Assembly: GCA_002791275.1 (NCBI GenBank)
Contig: PFWT01000009.1
Coordinates: forward strand, 146,548-210,547
DNA length: 64,000 nt
Reading direction: 5' to 3'
Origin: Candidatus Uhrbacteria bacterium CG_4_9_14_3_um_filter_41_35
GTDB lineage: Bacteria > Patescibacteriota > Patescibacteriia > UBA9934
Shown here: positions 46,581 through 56,487 of the stretch, piece after piece
Position numbering within the stretch: the stretch's first letter is position 1
How the letters are laid out: each line of letters starts with the position of its first letter
The notes under the pieces: generated by a model
What the model was told of the DNA's origin: nothing
Database searches by the model: none
What the model saw: only the letters and a program-made list of their open reading frames with translations
Translations under genes and position numbers: made by a program

Positions 46581-49100
46581 CTACTTCAACATCTTTTTCA
46601 AATACTTCCCTGTATAACTTTCCGCAGTTCGGGCAACCTCCTCTGGTGTGCCTTCGACCACGATTGTCCCACCGTCCACTCCACCTTCTGGACCAAGATC
46701 GATAATCCAATCTGAAGTTTTAATTACGTCGAGGTTATGCTCAATAATAATTACTGAGTTTCCTTTTTCAACTAGTTTATGCAGAACGTCTAGTAATTTT
46801 TGTATATCTTCAAAGTGCAGTCCGGTTGTTGGCTCATCGAGCAGATACAGAGTCCGCCCAGTTTGACGTTTGCTAAGCTCGTTTGCAAGTTTTACTCGTT
46901 GCGCTTCCCCACCTGACAGTGTTGGCGCTGGTTGACCAAGTTTTAAGTAGCCGAGTCCAACATCAGTTAACGTCTTTACCTTAGTGTAAATCATTGGCAC
47001 ATCCTTAAAGAAATCAACCGCCTCCTCGATTGTGAGATCAAGTACCTGTGAAATATTCTTATTGTTCCAAGTTACCTCCAGTGTTTCTCGATTAAAGCGT
47101 TTTCCTTTACAAACATCACACTCCACATAAACCGTTGGCAAAAAGTGCATTTCGATCGCAATTTCACCATGACCTTCACAGTTATCACACCGACCACCTG
47201 GTCGGTTAAAACTAAAACGACCGACTTTATACCCGCGGAATTTTGCCTCTTCGGTTGAGGCAAAGATATCGCGTATCGGTGTCCAACAACCGGTGTATGT
47301 TGCCGGATTCGATCTTGAAGATCGACCAATCGCTGACTGATCCATCAAAATCGCCTTATCAATATACTCAACTCCCAAAACTGATTTATGCTCCCCTGGT
47401 TTTGCTTTACTCTGATAAAGCTTTTTGGCAATTGATTTATACATAATCTCAAACATAAGTGTGGATTTTCCGGATCCAGATACCCCAGTTACACACACAA
47501 AACGACGAAGTGGAATGTCTACGTTTACATTTTTAAGATTATTCGCTACCGCTCCCCGAATTTTAATTGCATCCTTACCGATCTTTAATCGATCACGAGA
47601 AATTGAAACCTTTTTGTCACCCCGCAAATAGGCTGCAGTGTTTGAGTTTTTGTCGTTTAGAATCTCAGGCATTGGCCCAGCAGCCACGATTTGACCACCA
47701 TGAACACCGGCCGCTGGTCCGATTTCAACCATATAATCCGATCGGCGAATTGTATCTTCATCGTGCTCAACCACGATTACAGTGTTACCAATATCCCGCA
47801 AGTTTTCGAGGGTTCGAATCAACTGTTCATTATCACGCTGATGTAAACCAATTGTTGGCTCATCAAGTACGTAAAGCGCACCCACTAAGCGTGAGCCAAT
47901 CTGCGAAGCTAGGCGAATACGTTGTGCCTCACCCCCTGAAAGCGATCCCGCTTTTCTATTTAAAGTCAGATAATGCAAACCAACGTCCAGCATAAACGTT
48001 AGTCGATTTTCAACCTCTTTCAAAACAGTGCCAGCAATTTCCTGAGTTCTATCGTTTAGATCAATATTAATTATGAACTCAGCCGCCTCGTTAATCGTCA
48101 TGTTTGTGAAATCAACAATGTTGATACCATTGATCAACACCGACATTGCCTCCGGCCGGAGTCGGTTTCCGTTACAGGTTGTGCAAATATCTTCGGAGAA
48201 AATTTCTTCTGTTCCTAAACCGCCACAGTCTGGACAGGCTCCGTAGGGACTGTTAAAACTAAAGAGTCGAGGCTCAATTTCCGGAAACGAAAATCCACAA
48301 TCAACACAACTAAATTTAGTCGAAAGTAAACGCTCGCTTCCGTCAGCATAAATAACTCCTGCTAGATCATGACCAGTTTCAATCGCACGTTCAAGAGCCT
48401 CACTTAAACGCTGACGATCGTCTTTTTTGGGACTTTTGAGCATTACCTCTGGAATTGTATCGATAATTACCTCGATTGTGTGGGCTTTATACCTAGATAA
48501 CTCAATTTTTTCGGAAAGACGGTGGATTTTGCCGTCAATTCTAACCTTGGCAAAACCAGAGTTGTACAGATCATACAGAAGTTGATAATAGTTTCCTTTT
48601 CGCCCCCTGATCATTGGCGCTAAAATTATCACCTCGTTTGTATTTTTTGACTGCTTTTTTTCGGCCTGCACCTCCCTAATTACAATATCCGTCATCTCAT
48701 CGATGGTCAGTTTTTCAATCTTGTGGTTACAGGTCGGGCAATGAGGGTCGCCAATTCGGGCAAATAAAACTCGAAGATAGTCATAAATCTCGGTAACCGT
48801 TGCTACAGTAGACCTTGGGTTTCGCGAGTGCGCTTTTTGATCAATTGAAATTGCTGGTGACAACCCTTCAATTTCGTCAACATCCGGCTTTTGCATCTGT
48901 CCCAAGAACTGCCGAGCGTAGGCAGAAAGTGATTCAATATATCGTCTCTGCCCTTCAGCAAAGATAGTGTCAAACGCCAGTGACGATTTTCCACTACCCG
49001 ATAATCCCGTAAAACAAACCATCTTATTTCGAGGAATTTCCAAACTAATATTTTTCAGATTATGCTCACGCGCCCCTTTTATTGTAATTTTATCTTTCAT
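46581..49100 (-). CDS. uvrA: excinuclease ABC subunit A
   Basis: Two ABC ATPase modules ([24 protein letters not shown]) and zinc-finger Cys clusters. Confidence 0.9.
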   Translation of the reverse strand: MKDKITIKGAREHNLKNISLEIPRNKMVCFTGLSGSGKSSLAFDTIFAEGQRRYIESLSAYARQFLGQMQKPDVDEIEGLSPAISIDQKAHSRNPRSTVATVTEIYDYLRVLFARIGDPHCPTCNHKIEKLTIDEMTDIVIREVQAEKKQSKNTNEVIILAPMIRGRKGNYYQLLYDLYNSGFAKVRIDGKIHRLSEKIELSRYKAHTIEVIIDTIPEVMLKSPKKDDRQRLSEALERAIETGHDLAGVIYADGSERLLSTKFSCVDCGFSFPEIEPRLFSFNSPYGACPDCGGLGTEEIFSEDICTTCNGNRLRPEAMSVLINGINIVDFTNMTINEAAEFIINIDLNDRTQEIAGTVLKEVENRLTFMLDVGLHYLTLNRKAGSLSGGEAQRIRLASQIGSRLVGALYVLDEPTIGLHQRDNEQLIRTLENLRDIGNTVIVVEHDEDTIRRSDYMVEIGPAAGVHGGQIVAAGPMPEILNDKNSNTAAYLRGDKKVSISRDRLKIGKDAIKIRGAVANNLKNVNVDIPLRRFVCVTGVSGSGKSTLMFEIMYKSIAKKLYQSKAKPGEHKSVLGVEYIDKAILMDQSAIGRSSRSNPATYTGCWTPIRDIFASTEEAKFRGYKVGRFSFNRPGGRCDNCEGHGEIAIEMHFLPTVYVECDVCKGKRFNRETLEVTWNNKNISQVLDLTIEEAVDFFKDVPMIYTKVKTLTDVGLGYLKLGQPAPTLSGGEAQRVKLANELSKRQTGRTLYLLDEPTTGLHFEDIQKLLDVLHKLVEKGNSVIIIEHNLDVIKTSDWIIDLGPEGGVDGGTIVVEGTPEEVARTAESYTGKYLKKMLK

Positions 49101-49168
49101 ATTTTTATTTTCAATTTGATTTGCTATAATTCTAAAGTTCCTTCTCCTTTACAAGCTACGAGGTTAGA

Positions 49169-49657
49169 ATGTCTACCAAGAATGAAAAGCAAGATTTCGG
49201 CTATGGTGGTCTACGTGCGCCGGGAAAGCCAAAACCGGTGCGAGTTCCAGACCCATCTGTTAACATCGAGCTTCCAGAAGTCACCGGCTCTATATATCGA
49301 ACCGATGAAGCTGGCATCCCGATTATTCCTCAAAGAATCTGGAGAGAACCAAAGTCGGATATTGGCTACCATCCGAACTGGCGCTTTCACTTCATTCTCA
49401 TAGAAGGCCTTTCCTACAACAGGATGCAAGCCATCCCCTCTCTTATTGAATGGCTTGTTGATCACCTGGACGTTGACTTCAGTGATCTGAGCACGGCGCT
49501 AGCTTTTCTGAAAGAGGCTTACAATAGCGAAAACCGAGAGAATTTTCCAAAGTGGGCCGAGTACTACCTGATAGACTATTGCGCTGAAAACAACATCAAA
49601 CTTCAGCCAGAGATTGCTAGCAACGTAGTCAATCCCTTGGTACCTAGGCGCTGTTAA
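49169..49657 (+). CDS. hypothetical protein
   Basis: TATAAT-like -10 box and a GAGGT SD. Followed by a terminator. Confidence 0.5.
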   Translation: MSTKNEKQDFGYGGLRAPGKPKPVRVPDPSVNIELPEVTGSIYRTDEAGIPIIPQRIWREPKSDIGYHPNWRFHFILIEGLSYNRMQAIPSLIEWLVDHLDVDFSDLSTALAFLKEAYNSENRENFPKWAEYYLIDYCAENNIKLQPEIASNVVNPLVPRRC

Positions 49658-49665
49658 ACCTTACT

Positions 49666-49695
49666 GAGCCCCGCCCCTGCGGGTCTTATTTTTTA
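49666..49695. terminator. bidirectional intrinsic terminator
   Basis: cccgc-ccct-gcggg hairpin followed by a T-run. Sits between convergent genes. Confidence 0.6.
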
Positions 49696-51737
49696 TTCTT
49701 GAGCTCCTTTTGTAAGACCTCAATTTCATCTCGAATAACTGCCGCAGTTTCAAAGTTAAGGTTTGCTGCGGCTTTTGCCATCTCTTCTTCTTTTTCTTTT
49801 ATTACCAAGCGTATTTCGTGCGGTTCAGCCATCATTTCAATCTTTAGAATCTGAGATGTGTCTGCGGTATCAAGGTCGTGACCAAGTACAGCTCTAATAT
49901 CGTTGATATTTTTAATTACTGATTTTGGCGTAATTTTATGTTTTTTGTTGTATACTACCTGAATTTTCCGACGTCTATCCGTTTCCTTAAGCGCTCTTTC
50001 AAGTGAACCGGTCATTTTATCGGCATAGGCTACAACTAAACCATTTAAATGCCGAGCCGCGCGACCAATTGTTTGCACCAGCGAAGTCTCTGACCGCAAA
50101 AAACCTTCTTTGTCGGCATCCAGAATCGCAACCAGTGAAACCTCTGGCAAATCGAGTCCTTCTCTTAAGAGATTAACCCCAACCACACAATCGTAAACAC
50201 CTTTTCGTAAATCCGTCAGAATTTCCACTCGATCAAAGGTTTTAATGTCCGAATGTATGTACTCTACCTTCACTCCAGCTTCTTTCAGATATTGAGTTAA
50301 ATCTTCGGCCATTTGTTTAGTAAGAGTTGTAACCAGAGTTCGTTCACCAAGCTCGGCTCTTTCAATAATCCGCGGAATTAAATCGTCAATCTGACCTTTA
50401 TTATCCTCACATTTTTTACAGCCCTTACAATCACTTTTTACTTCACAAGGCATCTCAGTCACCGGTCGAATGATCACTTCCGGATCGATAAGTCCGGTTG
50501 GTCTTACAATCTGCTCAACAATCTGCGAAGACATTTCATTTTCATAATCGCCCGGTGTAGCCGAAACATAAATTGTTTGGTGTGTACGTTCTTCAAACTC
50601 ATCAAACTGAAGCGGTCTGTTATCCTTGGCGCTTGGCAATCTAAAACCATGCTCGACTAATGTATTTTTTCGCGCCTGATCCCCGGCATACATTGCCCGG
50701 ATCTGAGGAACGGTAACGTGCGACTCGTCGATGACGGTTAAAAAGTCATCCGGAAAATATGCCATTAGAGTATCTGCTGGCTCTCCTTCAGGTCGGCCTT
50801 CGAAATGCCGGGAGTAATTTTCAATCCCATTTGTGTAGCCCACATTTCTGAGCATCTCAATATCGTACCTTGTTCTACGATTTAAACGTTCGTATTCAAG
50901 AAGCTTGCTTTCTTTTTTTAGTCTAAGTAGACGCATTTTAAGTTCATCCTCAATTGACCTAATTGCCCCCTCTAAACTTTCGCTTCCGACCACATAGTGT
51001 TTGGCAGGGAAAAGCCACAAATCCTTGAGTCGTTCTTTAATTCTTCGCGAGACTGGGTCGAGCTCAAAAATTTCGATCAGCTCTTCGCCTTCAATAATTA
51101 ACCTGTAAATTGACGAGTTATCTGATTTTGGCATTACTTCAATAACATCACCTTTAGCTCTGAACTGACCCCGATCAACATCTGCATTAGTCCGCTCAAA
51201 GTACATACTCACCAGTTTTCGCAAAAACTCGCTTCGGTCAATTTTGTCGCCAGTGGTTAAATGAACAACTGTTTTTTTGTATTCCGTAGGCGAACCTAAA
51301 CCGTAAATACACGAAACCGAAGCTACGATAATTACATCTTTTCGAGTAAGTAGCGACTGTGTTGCTGAGTGCCGTAAACGATCAATTTCTTGATTAATTT
51401 GTGCCTCTTTTTCAATGTAAGTATCACTCCGTGGCATATATGCTTCCGGCTGATAGTAATCGTAGTAACTTACAAAATACTCTACCGCAGCCTCTGGAAA
51501 AAATTCCCGAAACTCATTCGTGAGCTGAGCTGCTAGTGTTTTGTTATGTGCAATCACCAGAGTTGGTTTCTGCGCCTGTTCAATAACATTCGCGATCGTA
51601 AAGGTTTTACCAGAACCGGTAACTCCAAGCAGAGTCTGTTTTTGCAGACCCTCTTTTAAACCACCGACCAATTTCTGAATCGCTAACGGCTGATCACCGG
51701 CTGGTTTATATTTTGATTCCAGTTTAAATTTTGCCAT
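49686..51737 (-). CDS. uvrB: excinuclease ABC subunit B
   Basis: YKPAGDQP N-terminus, helicase motifs (GVTGSGKT) and a C-terminal UVR domain. The start is probably MAKFKLESKY (the ORF track extends to 51818). Confidence 0.9.
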   Translation of the reverse strand: MAKFKLESKYKPAGDQPLAIQKLVGGLKEGLQKQTLLGVTGSGKTFTIANVIEQAQKPTLVIAHNKTLAAQLTNEFREFFPEAAVEYFVSYYDYYQPEAYMPRSDTYIEKEAQINQEIDRLRHSATQSLLTRKDVIIVASVSCIYGLGSPTEYKKTVVHLTTGDKIDRSEFLRKLVSMYFERTNADVDRGQFRAKGDVIEVMPKSDNSSIYRLIIEGEELIEIFELDPVSRRIKERLKDLWLFPAKHYVVGSESLEGAIRSIEDELKMRLLRLKKESKLLEYERLNRRTRYDIEMLRNVGYTNGIENYSRHFEGRPEGEPADTLMAYFPDDFLTVIDESHVTVPQIRAMYAGDQARKNTLVEHGFRLPSAKDNRPLQFDEFEERTHQTIYVSATPGDYENEMSSQIVEQIVRPTGLIDPEVIIRPVTEMPCEVKSDCKGCKKCEDNKGQIDDLIPRIIERAELGERTLVTTLTKQMAEDLTQYLKEAGVKVEYIHSDIKTFDRVEILTDLRKGVYDCVVGVNLLREGLDLPEVSLVAILDADKEGFLRSETSLVQTIGRAARHLNGLVVAYADKMTGSLERALKETDRRRKIQVVYNKKHKITPKSVIKNINDIRAVLGHDLDTADTSQILKIEMMAEPHEIRLVIKEKEEEMAKAAANLNFETAAVIRDEIEVLQKELKNKK

Positions 51738-51866
51738 AACACAAACGCCTGCATCCTTAAAGTTATAGGGTGGCCTATAACGCTTTGGGATCCAGGTTTT
51801 AGATTTAATTGTACGCAAAGTATGCCAAAAAAAAGTCTTTTGGTCAAGTTGTTGCTGGTCCTTATT

Positions 51867-52112
51867 CTACCGAAAAGGGTGTGTATAAAAATCACCCCGA
51901 TCATCAGAATCGGGGTGATTAGACGAAGTGCGACGATAACCGCGCTTGCCCTTTTTAGTGCTGTGAAAACCCTCACCACCACGCATACGCATAGCGAGCA
52001 CTTCCGGGTTACGGTTAACGGGCACTTGAACACTCTGCGCCTTTTGAGCGGAACGTTCCGCTCGCTTGGCTTGGCGCGCTTTCCTACGCGCTTTTTCAGA
52101 CTTACTCTTCAC
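51867..52112 (-). CDS. small highly basic protein (uncertain; alternative is a non-coding GC-rich element)
   Basis: GTG start preceded by AAGGAGGTG. K/R-rich. A 10-bp perfect hairpin with a U-run lies inside the last 15 codons, which is unusual for a CDS. Confidence 0.35.
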   Translation of the reverse strand: MKSKSEKARRKARQAKRAERSAQKAQSVQVPVNRNPEVLAMRMRGGEGFHSTKKGKRGYRRTSSNHPDSDDRGDFYTHPFR

Positions 52113-52289
52113 TTGGCACCTCCTTTTGGTAACTATCTGCAGTGATCAGCAGACCAAGTGGAACTGCCATCTGAGCAAGTCCCATCAGAGATAACTCAAA
52201 CAAATAAGTAAAAATAACCTCAGTCACAGTAACCTCCAACAACTTTTGTTGATAGTCAAAAGTACCACATAAAAACTAGAAAGTCAACC

Positions 52290-52322
52290 TTATCAGAACA
52301 AATAACAGCCCGAAGGCTGTTA
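52290..52322. terminator. intrinsic terminator
   Basis: aacagcc-cgaa-ggctgtt hairpin followed by a T-rich tract. Confidence 0.55.
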
Positions 52323-52793
52323 TTTGTTCATATGACGCATTACTACATCGTTCGCTCCGCCTGGTACTTTTGTCATCCAGGCTCGGTCTTTATTTTTTAT
52401 CATCTCTCGAATCTCAGCAGAATCGTGGCCAGGTACGTGCGTAATTCGTTTTGTAGCTATACCAGCTTTATCCGCCAAAGCGAGTACATCGTCTTTGCCA
52501 CTCCAAATTGCTACTTCGTCCGCAGGTCGCTCGGCAACTTCAAGAAGTTTGTCGACCCAATCCTCGTCCGAAATGCAGTCATCCACTACTACGATCTGAG
52601 CATCCATAATGCTTTCGTTAAGTAGTGCTGCGCTGATCATATCGCGTACCTCCTCCGCATTAAACATCTCCTCCTGACCACCACCACAAATTGCAATAAT
52701 CACTCGATCGCAAGTTTTCATCATTCCTTGCACTACCATCAATTGGCCCGTGTGGAATGGTTCAAATTTACCTGGAAAAATACATGTAGCCAT
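52320..52793 (-). CDS. archaeal-type nicotinamide-nucleotide adenylyltransferase (NadM-like cytidylyltransferase fold)
   Basis: GKFEPFHTGQL (GxFxPxHxGH-like), RVIIAICGGGQ, and co-linearity with archaeal NMNAT. Confidence 0.6.
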   Translation of the reverse strand: MATCIFPGKFEPFHTGQLMVVQGMMKTCDRVIIAICGGGQEEMFNAEEVRDMISAALLNESIMDAQIVVVDDCISDEDWVDKLLEVAERPADEVAIWSGKDDVLALADKAGIATKRITHVPGHDSAEIREMIKNKDRAWMTKVPGGANDVVMRHMNK

Positions 52794-52851
52794 AAATATA
52801 ATTTAAATTTCAAAACTAAATATAAAAGTATCTTCAATATTTAGTATAATT

Positions 52852-53796
52852 TTATTGTTCCGATATTATAACATCTGGCGAGGCCGAACGCCAAGCTAAA
52901 GAATTTTCATCAAAATTTGGCGGTCGATTAAATTTTCTGGTCAAGACTGCCATTTGCATTGGTGGAACGTTGATCTTCGACATATCAACACTACCAAGGC
53001 CAGCTTCCGAGGCCATCACTAAATAACCCACTGTTGTTGGGTCGACACCCATCAGTGTCGACGCCACAGCGTCAACTGCCACTGCATCGAACCCAGCCAG
53101 CACCACTCCCATGTTCACAGCTGAACCGTTTGTTGATTCATTGCCTTCCATAGCCTGAATACCGTCGATAATTGAAACATCTGCCGGTAGTTGATTGAAT
53201 ATCTCCGCAATTGATTTGTGATGTGCCCAAGCCCCTTCTTCATTTAGCCACGGCCACCTCGCCCACACTCTACCCATTGCCGAAATACGTGACGGTACAA
53301 TCCAGGTGCCGAGCGCCCAGTTTTTTATGCCAAGCGAAACCGAAGTTTCCCGATTAACCTTCATATTACTAACAGAGATCCGAAAATCTACCTCACTTGC
53401 AAGTTTCGATCTACGAATTGAGTTCCTTGAGCCGTCGCGCCTCACAGAATAACCATCCACGAATGCGTCATCGTTTAGATCAACCAGCTCAACTTTTTGA
53501 TACTCCTTCAGTAACTGCTCATAACCTAAATTCCGAAAAGCTGATTTTGTTCCAAAATAGGCTGCATCACCCACAAAGATTTTTGCCGGCGAATGCTCTT
53601 GAATAACCTCGATCACCGAGCGAACCGCATCCACGTGAGTTGAGGCGAGCTGATTCTCAGGGTGAACCAAATTTGGTTTTATCAAAATAGTACTAGCTGA
53701 TTTCACCCGTTCAATAAACTGGTCACCTAAACCCTCGACTGCCCTTCGGATCAGTTCCTTTCGGCTCCCATCTGTTTCTAGTATCACGTCAATCAT
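52852..53796 (-). CDS. DUF362-domain protein
   Basis: ILIKPNLV...VGDAAYFG pattern. Confidence 0.45.
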   Translation of the reverse strand: MIDVILETDGSRKELIRRAVEGLGDQFIERVKSASTILIKPNLVHPENQLASTHVDAVRSVIEVIQEHSPAKIFVGDAAYFGTKSAFRNLGYEQLLKEYQKVELVDLNDDAFVDGYSVRRDGSRNSIRRSKLASEVDFRISVSNMKVNRETSVSLGIKNWALGTWIVPSRISAMGRVWARWPWLNEEGAWAHHKSIAEIFNQLPADVSIIDGIQAMEGNESTNGSAVNMGVVLAGFDAVAVDAVASTLMGVDPTTVGYLVMASEAGLGSVDMSKINVPPMQMAVLTRKFNRPPNFDENSLAWRSASPDVIISEQ

Positions 53797-53901
53797 ATTA
53801 ATACGAGTTTACCACAGTGAAAAAAGAATTGTAAATTTGTCTTAAATAAATAAAAAACCCTGTATTTCTACAAGGTTTTTTGGTTTATCAAAATCCGAAG
53901 T

Positions 53902-54804
53902 TTAGCCCCGCTTCAGATAAACCTTCACAAAACTACTTTTGAGTTCGCCTGCCTTGGCTGAAAGTTCCTCAGTTTTACCAGCTTTTGCCAAATCTAGAAG
54001 CGCATTGAGATTCTGTCTGATTGCCTGAATTTCAGTATCGTTCGCTTCCGTTTCAACCGCTACCAGTTTTTCGCTCACCATTTGGTATGCCTCGATTATG
54101 CCCTGTGAGTTTTGAGCATCTGCCTCCGCAATAATCACTTCCATAGCGTCATGAAAATCAACCAAAGTTACCGCAAGAAGCGAAAAGTTATTACGCTTCA
54201 AGATATCTTGAAAGATCTGTCGAACTGATTCTAGGCCAATATGAGCACTTGGTAAATCGCCAGTTTTAATAGTTTCGTTAAGTTCTGCCACTTTTACAGA
54301 AACTGTCTCAAGATCGGCGTTAAACTGTCCGTCTCCTAAAATGGCATAGGGGCGGTAGTTTTTATACTTCTTTTGAAAAACTGCAAGCTCCGAAACTAGG
54401 TTGTCATAATTTTCGATTGATTCAGCTCGTTTGTTCTGACCGGTATTAAATAAAGTCTGTTTGTAGAAGTTATTCATTACATTAAAATCTTCAATAAAGA
54501 ATTTCTTAGTAAAGAAATTGCTCGCGTAACCACCGCCAACTAATATCAAGATTATCATCGCGGCAAATAAACCAAGTGTTACTTTTGAAACTTCCACGGG
54601 TTTTTTACAAGTATTTACGCCAACTAGTCGGTAAAGTGCGCAAAAACCAGAACAAGCGGTTCCAAACATCACAACCGCAAGCACATAAAATAAAACCGAC
54701 AGCGCTCCACCGACCCAGAAAAGAGCCGTTAAGAACAATCCTGCCGCTAGCACAACCCGCGCCATTCGATCATAGACTCCTTCGTTTGCTTTCACACCAA
54801 ACAT
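53902..54804 (-). CDS. membrane protein with N-terminal DUF2892 (YgaP-like) domain
   Basis: RMARVVLAAGLFLTAL...GFCALYRLVGVNTC, followed by TM helices and an alpha-helical domain. Confidence 0.45.
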   Translation of the reverse strand: MFGVKANEGVYDRMARVVLAAGLFLTALFWVGGALSVLFYVLAVVMFGTACSGFCALYRLVGVNTCKKPVEVSKVTLGLFAAMIILILVGGGYASNFFTKKFFIEDFNVMNNFYKQTLFNTGQNKRAESIENYDNLVSELAVFQKKYKNYRPYAILGDGQFNADLETVSVKVAELNETIKTGDLPSAHIGLESVRQIFQDILKRNNFSLLAVTLVDFHDAMEVIIAEADAQNSQGIIEAYQMVSEKLVAVETEANDTEIQAIRQNLNALLDLAKAGKTEELSAKAGELKSSFVKVYLKRG

Positions 54805-54822
54805 ATAGATGAATATTAATAA

Positions 54823-55260
54823 TTATTTTATTAAAAACTTACCGCCAATTTCGAGCATCAGATCCGAACACCGCTGAATATCTTCTTTCTTTTGCGTTGG
54901 CATAACTTCTTCCAGTAAAAGTTCCAACCTTTCCAGAGCCTCTTCATATTTTTCTCGGCCACTGTCTGATATTTGTACTAGTCGCACCCGAGCGTCGGTT
55001 TCAGATGGTCCGGTGCTAACTAAACCAATTTTTTCCATCGGCACCAGCATTCTGGTAATTCCCGAAGCGGTTACCGCGATCTGATCCGCAAGATCGATTC
55101 GCCGGAGTTCGTGATTTTTAGGTTGATTTAAATAATGAAGAATTAAAAACTCATTAAAGCCAATCCCGTTCCCCATCCCGAAATTAAACTTCTTCGCCAC
55201 TATTGCCTCTATTTTTGAAAGATTGAGTAGAAATTGTACTGATTCGCTAATATTTATCAT
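54823..55260 (-). CDS. MarR-family transcriptional regulator
   Basis: Winged-helix region LADQIAVTASGITRMLVPMEKIGLV. 145 aa. Confidence 0.75.
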   Translation of the reverse strand: MINISESVQFLLNLSKIEAIVAKKFNFGMGNGIGFNEFLILHYLNQPKNHELRRIDLADQIAVTASGITRMLVPMEKIGLVSTGPSETDARVRLVQISDSGREKYEEALERLELLLEEVMPTQKKEDIQRCSDLMLEIGGKFLIK

Positions 55261-55325
55261 AAATATATACTTGATTACTCAAGTATATCACAAGTAGTTT
55301 TTTGTACCATACCGATTGTTCTTAT

Positions 55326-55556
55326 TCAAGATATCCCCCAGCCTGAATTTTCCAGAATTCTTGGTAAAGTGAGTCCTTTTTTATAAGTTCTTCGTGCATT
55401 CCAGAATCTACAATTTTTCCTTTATTCATTACCAAAAAACAATAAATATTTCCACTCCTTTTTCATTAAAGGCCATACTGTCGCCCAAACTTTTTTGTAA
55501 TCAATCTTCTCCCCCGTTTTCTTTTTCATATGTCCGTTAATTTTTAATATCGTCAT
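55326..55556 (-). pseudogene. ABC exporter ATPase/permease remnant with large internal deletion
   Basis: An N-terminal fragment MTILKINGHMKKKTGEKIDYKKVWATVWPLMKKEWKYLLF (ABC exporter N-terminus) runs into a stop. A C-terminal fragment GKIVDSGMHEELIKKGLTLPRILENSGWGIS (ABC ATPase C-terminus) continues 1 nt out of frame. About 500 codons between them are missing. Confidence 0.55.
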
Positions 55557-55658
55557 ATCTTATCACTATTTCATTCAATGTAAAACGATGCAGGATTAGC
55601 CAAAAGATCTCATATATTTGTGATGACTCAAAACTTATATACGAAATAATTCAGAGTA

Positions 55659-56090
55659 AGATTCCTCGCCGTGATTCACGGTAGGCTCTGAATGACGAGG
55701 TAATGAGATTCTTCGGTGTGATTCGCGTTAGGCTCTGAATTACGGTTTTGCTTGTCGTATTATAATAAATCGTCCCACACTCATACCGTCATCCTGAAGC
55801 TAGCGCCAGATTACGCTGAAGGATCTCCTTCGCCCTTTACTAAACAGAAACCTGTTTACGCTGTGATTCAACACTGAGATTCTTCGGTTTAATCCACGTT
55901 CACCTCAGAATGACAGGGTTTGTGATTTTTTATGCTGTTATTTTGATTAGGTCCCTTACCCATTCCGTCATCATGAAGCTGGCGACGACTCACGCTGAAG
56001 GATCTCCTTCGTATTGTGCTGAACCGACATTTACCTGGTGATTCAGTAATGAGATTCTTCGGTGTGATTCGCGTTCACCTCAGAATGACG
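55659..56090. repeat. intergenic palindromic repeat cluster 3
   Basis: A units at 55659-55696, 55706-55743, 55878-55915 and 56053-56090. B units at 55784-55831 and 55963-56011. Confidence 0.8.
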
Positions 56091-56210
56091 ATTTAATTTA
56101 TTATACATTCCTCCTCACAAAACTCCTCCACTTTAATACATAAACTCTCTACTGAACCAGTATATAAAAAACAGCTCAAACAAAAAACCACCAATGGCTT
56201 GGTGGTTTTT

Positions 56211-56284
56211 TGGTTCCCGGACAGGGATTCGAACCCCGATTACCTGTTCCAGAAACAGGTGTCCTGCCTTTAGACGATCCAGGA
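56211..56284 (-). tRNA. tRNA-Gln (anticodon CUG)
   Basis: Folds by hand into a cloverleaf: 7-bp acceptor stem with U1:A72, D-loop GG, anticodon loop UUCUGGA, T-loop TTCGAAT, and an encoded CCA. Confidence 0.85.
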
Positions 56285-56450
56285 GTGAGTGAACACAGTA
56301 TTAAAAGTCTACTTATAAATACTATTGAGCGAACGAGTTGGACACCGGAGGTATCCAGGAGTGATATTGGAAATTAACACCTAATCGTGCGAAGAGAATA
56401 TCTAATTTGTGAGTGTTTGTCAATACTTTGTTTAATTGTTTTGTAGATAA

Positions 56451-56482
56451 CCAAAAAGTACGGATAGTATCCGTACTTTTTG
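56451..56482. terminator. bidirectional intrinsic terminator
   Basis: gtacgga-tagt-atccgtac hairpin flanked by A-run and T-run. Confidence 0.6.
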
Positions 56483-56487
56483 GTAAG

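Noticed and set aside
51822-52145. Plus-strand 107-aa ORF
   Set aside because: It has no RBS and spans a terminator-like hairpin. The minus-strand frame has a strong SD and is the better, though still uncertain, coding candidate.
56285-56450. Promoter for tRNA-Gln
   Set aside because: A TTGACA (56418-56423, minus strand) and a TAATACT-like -10 exist, but spacing to the tRNA is poor for either. It is not supported well enough to list.
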